DNA of 9,155 nucleotides from Escherichia coli (GTDB lineage Bacteria; Pseudomonadota; Gammaproteobacteria; Enterobacterales; Enterobacteriaceae): NCBI RefSeq assembly GCF_003334315.1, contig NZ_QOWR01000091.1; one strand, 5' to 3'. Shown piece by piece: positions 1 to 6,377 of this stretch (position 1 is its first letter; each line of letters starts with the position of its first letter). The notes under the pieces were generated by a model. It saw only the letters and a program-made list of their open reading frames with translations, ran no database searches and was not told where the DNA came from. The position numbers and the translations under genes were made by a program.

Positions 1-438
1 AGGCCGCAGTCGGTAACCTCGCGCATACAGCCGGGCAGTGACGTCATCGTCTGCGCGGAAATGGACGAACAGTGGGGCTATGTCGGGGCTAAATCGCGCC
101 AGCGCTGGCTGTTTTACGCGTATGACAGTCTCCGGAAGACGGTTGTTGCGCACGTATTCGGTGAACGCACTATGGCGACGCTGGGGCGTCTTATGAGCCT
201 GCTGTCACCCTTTGACGTGGTGATATGGATGACGGATGGCTGGCCGCTGTATGAATCCCGCCTGAAGGGAAAGCTGCACGTAATCAGCAAGCGATATACG
301 CAGCGAATTGAGCGGCATAACCTGAATCTGAGGCAGCACCTGGCACGGCTGGGACGGAAGTCGCTGTCGTTCTCAAAATCGGTGGAGCTGCATGACAAAG
401 TCATCGGGCATTATCTGAACATAAAACACTATCAATAA
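1..438 (+). CDS. insB: IS1 transposase InsB (InsAB' C-terminal region), 5'-partial at window edge
   Basis: Frame 1 is open from position 1 to the TAA at 436-438; the track ORF 61..438 is the part after the first internal ATG. The protein matches IS1 InsB as I recall it. The antisense ORF 114..404 is spurious. Confidence 0.9.
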   Translation, partial: RPQSVTSRIQPGSDVIVCAEMDEQWGYVGAKSRQRWLFYAYDSLRKTVVAHVFGERTMATLGRLMSLLSPFDVVIWMTDGWPLYESRLKGKLHVISKRYTQRIERHNLNLRQHLARLGRKSLSFSKSVELHDKVIGHYLNIKHYQ

Positions 439-453
439 GTTGGAGTCATTACC
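431..453. repeat. IS1 right terminal inverted repeat (IRR)
   Basis: ATCAATAAGTTGGAGTCATTACC is the reverse complement of the IS1 end GGTAATGACTCCAACTTATTGAT; the element boundary is at 453/454. Confidence 0.85.
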
Positions 454-570
454 GTAGATGCAAATGGCAATGTCACACTAAACTTTTTTGCCAATTATCG
501 AGCGTTAGCCAGCGGTGTTCGGCCAGGTGTGGCGAAAGCGGATGCGATATTTATGATCAATTACAATTAA
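454..570 (+). pseudogene. sfmF: 3' fragment (last 38 codons plus stop) of a type 1-like fimbrial subunit/adhesin gene truncated by the IS1 insertion; likely sfmF by K-12 synteny
   Basis: The frame starting directly at the IS1 boundary is open for 38 codons (VDANGNVTLNFFANYRALASGVRPGVAKADAIFMINYN*, TAA at 568-570). The C-terminus has the alternating-hydrophobic, penultimate-Tyr pattern of chaperone-usher pilin C-terminal strands and resembles the FimH C-terminus (ANYAR...GVTFVYQ). In K-12 sfmF is convergent with fimZ. Gene identity rests on synteny, not on sequence recognition. Confidence 0.45.
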
Positions 571-572
571 TA

Positions 573-1205
573 TTATATTAATTCATATAATTTGGCGTAG
601 TCGATAAGCTCTACAATTGAATGCAAACCTAGCTTGCCATAAATATTAGATTTATGCGCACTAACTGTTTTATTGCTAAGTAATAATTTATCGGCAATTT
701 CTTTATTAGATAATCCGCTAACCAGATAACGTAATATGGTCACTTCACGATTAGATAGCACAGTGATCGTTGAACTATTCGTACTACATTTATTGCTTTT
801 TATATAGTTAAGCGTTTCGCTAGGAAAAAACGTGTATCCGGAGAGGATCATCTGAACGGCATGAAAAATATCATTCTGATCATTGCATTTACTGACAAAA
901 CCGTTAGCACCAGCTTGTATCGCTCTGCCAGCATAAAAGCATTCTGATTTCGATGATAAAAATAACACTTTCACTGTGCTCTGGATTTGTTTGATCCTTT
1001 TCAGGAAGGTAAAACCGTCTGTTCCGGGCAAGTCTATATCCATAATGATTAAATCAACAGGACGGGTTCGGAGATAATCGATGGTTATGCGGTAATCATC
1101 CGTTTTCAGGACAATCTGCAATTCACTGTTTTTTTGCAACAGAACTTCAATAGACATTCTGATGATAGGATGAGTATCCATAATGATCACCGACGTTGGT
1201 TTCAT
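573..1205 (-). CDS. fimZ: FimZ, LuxR/NarL-family response regulator (receiver domain plus C-terminal LuxR-type HTH), 210 aa
   Basis: The track ORF 573..1268 (231 aa) contains the 210-aa protein starting MKPTSVIIMDTHPIIRMSIEVLL at the internal ATG at 1203-1205, which matches FimZ as I recall it. It has a receiver-domain Asp cluster (IIMDIDLPGTDG) and a LuxR HTH (LSNREVTILRYLVSGLSNKEIADKLLLSNKTVSAHK). Start choice follows the K-12/Salmonella 210-aa length; upstream ATGs at 1218-1220 and 1266-1268 are possible but lack a good SD. Confidence 0.9.
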   Translation of the reverse strand: MKPTSVIIMDTHPIIRMSIEVLLQKNSELQIVLKTDDYRITIDYLRTRPVDLIIMDIDLPGTDGFTFLKRIKQIQSTVKVLFLSSKSECFYAGRAIQAGANGFVSKCNDQNDIFHAVQMILSGYTFFPSETLNYIKSNKCSTNSSTITVLSNREVTILRYLVSGLSNKEIADKLLLSNKTVSAHKSNIYGKLGLHSIVELIDYAKLYELI

Positions 1206-1388
1206 AGTTACCAGTCTCATAGGAGCGGACAATTTTCCGTTAGGGCGGTAAATTGTACTTTGATACATGAAAATACGGGTTTTCTTGATTCAGACGCGCA
1301 GCGGTGTGCGTTTGTTTGCCACTATAGCGAAATAAATCAGAAAATCAGACGCGGTCGTTCACTTGTTCAGCAACCAGATCAAAAGCCA

Positions 1389-1416
1389 TTGACTCAGCAA
1401 GGGTTGACCGTATAAT
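1389..1416 (+). promoter_or_regulatory. Near-consensus sigma70 promoter for argU: -35 TTGACT (1389-1394), 16-bp spacer, -10 TATAAT (1411-1416)
   Basis: Read directly from the sequence: TTGACT then 16 bp then TATAAT, about 31 bp upstream of the mature tRNA 5' end at 1448. Predicted transcription start near 1423-1424. Confidence 0.6.
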
Positions 1417-1447
1417 TCACGCGATTACACCGCATTGCGGTATCAAC

Positions 1448-1524
1448 GCGCCCTTAGCTCAGTTGGATAGAGCAACGACCTTCTAAGTCGTGGGCCGCAG
1501 GTTCGAATCCTGCAGGGCGCGCCA
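1448..1524 (+). tRNA. argU: tRNA-Arg (anticodon UCU, reads AGA/AGG), 77 nt with encoded CCA
   Basis: Cloverleaf readable by eye: acceptor stem GCGCCCT/AGGGCGC, D-arm AGCTCAGTTGGATAGAGC, anticodon stem-loop ACGAC-CUUCUAA-GTCGT with UCU at positions 34-36, T-arm GGTTCGAATCC, discriminator G and CCA at 1522-1524. Matches argU (dnaY) as I recall it. Confidence 0.95.
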
Positions 1525-1569
1525 TTTCTTCTTCATTTATGCCCGTCTTATCCGTTTCCGCTTTGCCCT

Positions 1570-2331
1570 TCACCACATCACTTTTTGTCGCTGTTTGGCG
1601 AGATAATTCAACGGTGTCAGGCCGTAAAACGCCTTAAAAACAGAGATAAAGTACGACGTGCTGCTATAGCCACATAATTGCGCCACCTGAGTGGTATTTT
1701 TGTTATCCATCAATAACATCTGTACGGCGTAACGCATACGACACTCTGTGACAATCTGGCTATAGCTGGTATTTTCGTTTTTTAATTTCTTTTTGAGCAG
1801 GCTGGGGCTTAAACATAGCGAACTGGCGACAATTCGCAGATTCCAGTAGTGCTGAATATCGCTTTGAATAATGCGGCAGACGCTGTCGCGGACGCTGCTG
1901 CGTAAGATATACATCAGTAGGGCAATAAACCGCGATTGCTCAAGAAAGTTAGACAATACGGTAAAAAGCAATGCGCGCGTCAACTCCGCTTCGCAGGGTT
2001 TGCTGGGTTGCTGCTTGCTGTGGTTGGCGGCTAGCCGGAACACTTCCGGTGTACGGCTATGACAAGCGATAACCGGGGTAGCCAGCCGCGACCAGGGCTT
2101 TACACAGGTTAAGTTCTTATTTAAAAACAACAGATAATCGTTGATGATGTTACGGTTGATGTGGGTGATTAATACGTGATTTAACGTTGAGAGTTCAATG
2201 ACGTTATTGTTGCACGCGAAGGCGGCCAGGTAGTTTTTCGGAAGGGTAAACGTAGCATGGTTATTGACGCTTACCTCTACCTCTTTTTCGGTCAGGATCA
2301 CCACGCAAGGTTTACTGCTGCTCAATTGCAT
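1570..2331 (-). CDS. envY: EnvY, AraC/XylS-family transcriptional regulator (porin thermoregulatory protein), 253 aa
   Basis: 253-aa ORF with a C-terminal AraC-type HTH region (…YSQIVTECRMRYAVQMLLMDNKNTTQVAQLCGYSSTSYFISVFKAFYGLTP…). ATG at 2329-2331 is preceded by GAGGAG 7 nt upstream. Length and sequence match K-12 EnvY as I recall it. Confidence 0.9.
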   Translation of the reverse strand: MQLSSSKPCVVILTEKEVEVSVNNHATFTLPKNYLAAFACNNNVIELSTLNHVLITHINRNIINDYLLFLNKNLTCVKPWSRLATPVIACHSRTPEVFRLAANHSKQQPSKPCEAELTRALLFTVLSNFLEQSRFIALLMYILRSSVRDSVCRIIQSDIQHYWNLRIVASSLCLSPSLLKKKLKNENTSYSQIVTECRMRYAVQMLLMDNKNTTQVAQLCGYSSTSYFISVFKAFYGLTPLNYLAKQRQKVMW

Positions 2332-2475
2332 TTCGCACTCCTCAGATATCAGAAACTCCGCTCAAAGGATCTATGCTTCCTGCATGAGTGATCGGCCCGT
2401 TCGCCGATAACGATCTTCTTTCTTTAGCACGCTTTTTAGCAATTAATCTTGATGGAATTCTGACGAGAGCGAAAG

Positions 2476-2506
2476 AGGTAAGCCAGGTCGTACCCGACTT
2501 ACCTGG
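2476..2506 (-). terminator. Candidate hairpin just downstream of the ybcH stop; possible operon terminator
   Basis: Inverted repeat AGGTAAG (2476-2482) / CTTACCT (2498-2504), with an alternative CCAGG/CCTGG pairing, beginning 8 bp after the ybcH stop codon on the minus strand. The following U-tract is weak (CUUUCGCUCUCG), so this is tentative. Confidence 0.2.
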
Positions 2507-2513
2507 AGGAGAT

Positions 2514-3404
2514 TTAATACTCGAGAATGCCGTGCGCGACGGGCAAATAGCGCAGAGAGAAATAGAGAGTGTCTTTACCGCAAGAGGAACGTTTCGCTAA
2601 CAGCGAGGCAATTTCTGCGTCCGGTTTCGGTTTCGCTGTAAAGGTTTTGCCTTTGCCGGCGACAAACAGTTCATAAACAATGCCGCTTGCTGGGGCGGAG
2701 CTTTGGCAATCGGCGCTGGCCTGTAGATAACGTTCACGCTGTTCAGCGGTAAGTTTATCCACGCCGCTGCCATCCTGTACCCAGACATTAACGCCGGTTG
2801 CTTTAACGTGTTCCAGCAGTTGGCGATAGCCATCGGGCGACATGTTTCCGGCGAAAAAACTACTGATATAAACCGGTTTTGCTGAAACATCGCTAATCAG
2901 CCGCTGCTCGTTGTTTAACCATGTTAGCAAAGGCTGACGGGCGGCTTCGCTGCGCCAGTTCAGGTCGTCAATTTCCGCGCTGATGTACCAGCCATCCGGC
3001 GTTACGCCAGGCGCGGCGCTCCATAATCTGGCTTGCTGGAGATCGGCAGCCAGCAGGCGATTAAGATAGCTTTCCAGCGCTGCGGACGACTGTTTCTGGT
3101 GCATAAAAAATTCCGGATCGGCGTTCAGCCCGACAATCAGCTTCAGGCCAGCCTGTTGCGCAGCTGCGGCCCGCTTAAACAATAACGCGCGCTGTTCTGG
3201 CTGGGTGAATGCATCGCCGTAACGGGTCCATTGCAAAACCAGGGTATCGAAGCCTTGCAAACGTAACTGACTCATCAGCCCCTGCCACTGGGTATCGGTA
3301 ACCTGACTATCACGGTTTTGTGGTTGCCAGATAATACCTTTCATCGCAAAGGAAAAAGGGCTGACCAAAAGCAGTGTCAGCAATACGAAAATGAACTTAC
3401 GCAT
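2514..3404 (-). CDS. ybcH: YbcH, secreted (signal-peptide) protein of unresolved function, third gene of the nfrB-nfrA-ybcH operon, 296 aa
   Basis: 296-aa ORF with an N-terminal signal peptide (MRKFIFVLLTLLLVSPFSFA). Its ATG at 3402-3404 directly abuts the nfrA stop codon (TAAATG). Length and sequence match K-12 YbcH as I recall it. Confidence 0.9.
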   Translation of the reverse strand: MRKFIFVLLTLLLVSPFSFAMKGIIWQPQNRDSQVTDTQWQGLMSQLRLQGFDTLVLQWTRYGDAFTQPEQRALLFKRAAAAQQAGLKLIVGLNADPEFFMHQKQSSAALESYLNRLLAADLQQARLWSAAPGVTPDGWYISAEIDDLNWRSEAARQPLLTWLNNEQRLISDVSAKPVYISSFFAGNMSPDGYRQLLEHVKATGVNVWVQDGSGVDKLTAEQRERYLQASADCQSSAPASGIVYELFVAGKGKTFTAKPKPDAEIASLLAKRSSCGKDTLYFSLRYLPVAHGILEY

Positions 3405-6377
3405 TTACCAGTGCACTCCAATGGTGAGAAACGCGTTGTTGCGCTCTCCGTTACGTTGATTAATCGCCTTAAAGGTATGTTGATACTCGACGCCGAGACT
3501 GACTTTGTGCGGCCAGGCGTCGTAGTGCGTCTCGCCGGTCCAGATATTCCAGCGGACCCCGACACCGCCAAGCTGCGCGCCCTGAGTGCCTTTATCACGA
3601 TAGCCGTTGTCCTGAACGTGAGCGTAAGGCTCAATAGTCTGTCCGTTAGCTACCTTCTGATGCCAGCTGACGCGATAATCTGCCGTCCACGCCTGAATAT
3701 CCTGGCGGATATATTGCGCCGCATCGAGGTACAGGTTTTGGGCAAACCAGCCTGAACCGTTCGGGTGCCATTCGTCGCTGTATTTGCCGCCATTAAAGAA
3801 TGAGGCGCTGGCGCGCAGCATGGTATCGGATGCGCCATTTTGCCCGTTCAGCGGCAACTGCTGTTCGACGGCGAGGAAAAAGATCTGATCGCGCAGCGGC
3901 TTCCAGCGTAGACCGGTGCCGGACATCGGATTTTTCACCGGCATCATCACCCCGTTTTCTCCGGTATCGGCAAAGACGCGGCTATAAACTGAGAGCAGGT
4001 CGCCTTCCAGCAGCATATTGCGTCCGATGCGGTACTCGGCTTCCAGTTGCCCGTAGCTACGATAGCTTTTCCCTGGCGCTGCGCCGCCGACATTATTGTT
4101 AGCGGTGCTCATTGCCCCGGAACGCAAGCCGATAGAAGAATCGAAACTGAACGTCCAGTGGCGACCGACCTCCTCATGCAAACGGCGGAAATTGAAGCGT
4201 TGCTGATTTTGCTCTGGGGTCAGTGGGGTTATCAGCGCCTGATTATCAATGTCATCAATCACCAGCCGGGCGTAGTGCTGCGTCGCAGGCATGTCATCCA
4301 GACGCTGGTTCACATAGGCCAGTTGTCGGATCAGTGCCGGATCGTCCGGTAGCCCTTTATGCGCCTGTTCGAGCATTTCCCGCGACTGTGCGATATCACC
4401 GCTATCCCACAAGGCGTAACCAAGCGCTGCCTGGGTGTTGCTATTATTCGGTTCCAGTTCCAGCGCGGCGCGCAAATCACTCACCGCGGCCGGGACATTA
4501 TGACGTTGGCGATAAATTGTCGCCCGCGCAACGTAAGCGTTGGCAGAAGGCGCAATATTGATTGAGCGCGTGAGATCGTTCAGTGCGAGTTCCGGCTGAC
4601 CAGGAATGTAACGTTGCGCATGCAGCCACCAGTAGAGCGCATTGCTTCCCAGTCCACGTTTTTCTGCCTGTTGTAGCCAGCGATCGCGAGCCGCACCATT
4701 TCCTGCCGCCTGGGCGGTATTGGCAGCAGCAAGCAGATCCTCATTGCTCATGTCGTGAAGACTGATTTTCTGCCAGGCCGCCAGTGCGGTGGCGTAGTCC
4801 TCAACCTGATACGCCTGATAGGCTACCGCACGATGTTGCCAGGCGTTCGGTTGTCGTTGTTCGGCCTGAAGCCATGCATACAACGCCACACCGGGTAGCG
4901 TGTCCCGATAACACTTTGCCAGACGGTTCCAGGCGGCGGCATCGTAGGAAGGCGACATATCGCCCAGCAAGCGAACTATTGCCGGGCAATTATCTGCAAT
5001 ACCCGGCAACTGACTTTGCCACTGACGTTGCTCCGCCAGCGGTAAGGGTTTCGATAAAATCGCCACCTTCGCCGGCGTTGCCAGGTAAGGATGACTTTCC
5101 AGCAGAGACGCCAGTCGCGCCATTAAAGTCTGGCTGACACGCGCATCGCCCTGGAAAGGATAGCGTTGCAGCAATAAATCGGCAGCTTCGCGTGACTGCT
5201 CGTTCTGCATCAGTTGCCAGGTCAGTTGATCCAGGCGGGTAAGATTTGCCGGTTCTTGCTGATACAGCAATCGTGCCAGACGCAGAGCTTCAGCCTTGTT
5301 ACGGGTCGCCACGCTGACAGCATAACGCTCCTCAAGCATTTCATTGGCGGGGAGGGTGGCGAGCAGTTTTTGCGCTGCGTCGTACTGACCTTCTTTTAAC
5401 AGCACCGGTAGCGTCGCGCCAACAACATACTGGCGGTTATCGGCAAACTGCACCGTATAATTCGCCAATGCCTGAACGGGGTTGGCGCTGTATTTAGATA
5501 ACAGATAGAGCCAACTTTTCTCTTGTGCGTCCGTGGTAAACAGCGGCTTATTTTCAATGAGATAATGCTGGAGGCGTGCTTTTTCGCCACGATAAGCCAG
5601 CGCGGTCGCGTAAGTAATATATGACTGAGGATCGGTGAAGATCCCCTGTGATTGCAGTGCCAGGATCCGATCGTCCAGCTGCCCGGCAAGAAGCACGTCA
5701 AACCACTGACGGCGTTCTGCCGCGCTTAATGTGTTCTGCTGGCGTGCTTCATTGTATAGCGTATCTGCCTGGGACCATTGTTTCAGGTAGATTGCCCGTT
5801 GCAGCAGATCGGTTCGCAGCGTTTTTCCTTCCGGCGATGCAGCAAACGTCGCATCGTTCAGTTGCGCTCTGGCGACAGGTAACTGTGCCAGCCGCAGGGC
5901 ATTCTGCCCGACTTCACTGCGACAACGCAGGGTCGGCGCAGCATCGCACGCTTTTTGCTGGGCAAGCAGTTCTTCAACAGTCGTAACGCTTTTCACTTCA
6001 ACTGGAATAGCCGCCAGACTGCGCTCAAGTCGGGCATCTCCTGGGTGACGTTTCAGTTGATCCTCCAGCAACAGCCGCGCCCGGTCATCATGACCAAAAT
6101 GGCGATAGGCTTCCGCAAGGTATAAAGTCAGCGGAATATTATCCGGCACCTGCTGGTGTATATATTCAAATTCGCGGATGGCGGTTGCTTCGTCGTTATT
6201 TTTCTGTGCCTTCAGCGCCTTATCGAGACGGGGATAAATAACAAAATGGCGATAATCGCTCAGCCCCAGCTCTTCTGCGCTGGTGCCGATATTGTCTGCG
6301 AGTGCGCTGGTACTCAATAAAGACGTCAGCAGTAAACCAGACCATCCGATGACGCGATTAAGGTTATTCTCCTTCAT
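3405..6377 (-). CDS. nfrA: NfrA, outer-membrane exopolysaccharide export protein (N-terminal TPR-rich periplasmic region plus C-terminal beta-barrel), phage N4 adsorption protein A, 990 aa
   Basis: The track ORF 3405..6398 (997 aa) begins at a TTG. The ATG at 6375-6377 (MKENNLNRVIGWSG...) has a GGAG SD 9 nt upstream and gives the 990-aa K-12 length. Signal peptide ...LSTSALA; C-terminus ends ...FLTIGVHW, an aromatic terminal residue typical of outer-membrane barrels. Confidence 0.92.
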   Translation of the reverse strand: MKENNLNRVIGWSGLLLTSLLSTSALADNIGTSAEELGLSDYRHFVIYPRLDKALKAQKNNDEATAIREFEYIHQQVPDNIPLTLYLAEAYRHFGHDDRARLLLEDQLKRHPGDARLERSLAAIPVEVKSVTTVEELLAQQKACDAAPTLRCRSEVGQNALRLAQLPVARAQLNDATFAASPEGKTLRTDLLQRAIYLKQWSQADTLYNEARQQNTLSAAERRQWFDVLLAGQLDDRILALQSQGIFTDPQSYITYATALAYRGEKARLQHYLIENKPLFTTDAQEKSWLYLLSKYSANPVQALANYTVQFADNRQYVVGATLPVLLKEGQYDAAQKLLATLPANEMLEERYAVSVATRNKAEALRLARLLYQQEPANLTRLDQLTWQLMQNEQSREAADLLLQRYPFQGDARVSQTLMARLASLLESHPYLATPAKVAILSKPLPLAEQRQWQSQLPGIADNCPAIVRLLGDMSPSYDAAAWNRLAKCYRDTLPGVALYAWLQAEQRQPNAWQHRAVAYQAYQVEDYATALAAWQKISLHDMSNEDLLAAANTAQAAGNGAARDRWLQQAEKRGLGSNALYWWLHAQRYIPGQPELALNDLTRSINIAPSANAYVARATIYRQRHNVPAAVSDLRAALELEPNNSNTQAALGYALWDSGDIAQSREMLEQAHKGLPDDPALIRQLAYVNQRLDDMPATQHYARLVIDDIDNQALITPLTPEQNQQRFNFRRLHEEVGRHWTFSFDSSIGLRSGAMSTANNNVGGAAPGKSYRSYGQLEAEYRIGRNMLLEGDLLSVYSRVFADTGENGVMMPVKNPMSGTGLRWKPLRDQIFFLAVEQQLPLNGQNGASDTMLRASASFFNGGKYSDEWHPNGSGWFAQNLYLDAAQYIRQDIQAWTADYRVSWHQKVANGQTIEPYAHVQDNGYRDKGTQGAQLGGVGVRWNIWTGETHYDAWPHKVSLGVEYQHTFKAINQRNGERNNAFLTIGVHW

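Larger units (their letters stand above)
1..453 (+). mobile_element. IS1 insertion sequence, right-hand portion (left end lies outside the window)
   Basis: Positions 1-438 encode the C-terminal part of IS1 InsB in frame 1 ([31 protein letters not shown]...[11 protein letters not shown]), followed by the IS1 right terminal inverted repeat ending ...TTGGAGTCATTACC at 453. Recognised from memory of the IS1 sequence; not database-verified. Confidence 0.9.

Noticed and set aside
114-404. 96-aa minus-strand ORF inside IS1
   Set aside because: Lies entirely antisense to insB inside IS1; IS1 is not known to encode a protein on this strand.
573-1268. Extended 231-aa FimZ start at 1266-1268
   Set aside because: The N-terminal 21 residues (MYQSTIYRPNGKLSAPMRLVT) precede the conserved receiver-domain start MKPTSVIIMD and have no good SD; the 210-aa start at 1203-1205 matches known FimZ proteins.
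1134-1415. 93-aa plus-strand ORF spanning the fimZ 5' end and the argU promoter
   Set aside because: Overlaps fimZ coding sequence antisense and runs through the argU -35/-10; no SD; composition of an antisense frame.
1871-2062. 63-aa plus-strand ORF inside envY
   Set aside because: Antisense to envY; no support.
2388-3755. ORFs 2388..2600 (+), 2597..2890 (-), 3318..3755 (+) and 3377..3634 (-) overlapping ybcH/nfrA
   Set aside because: Alternative-frame or antisense ORFs within or across well-supported genes; no independent support.
3800-5986. Many plus-strand ORFs of 60-117 aa inside nfrA (e.g. 3800..4102, 4047..4352, 4223..4561, 4784..5137, 5648..5986)
   Set aside because: They are antisense to a well-supported 990-aa gene in GC-rich sequence, are Arg/Pro/Ala-rich with low-complexity composition typical of antisense frames, and have no SD or start-codon context. 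Spurious.
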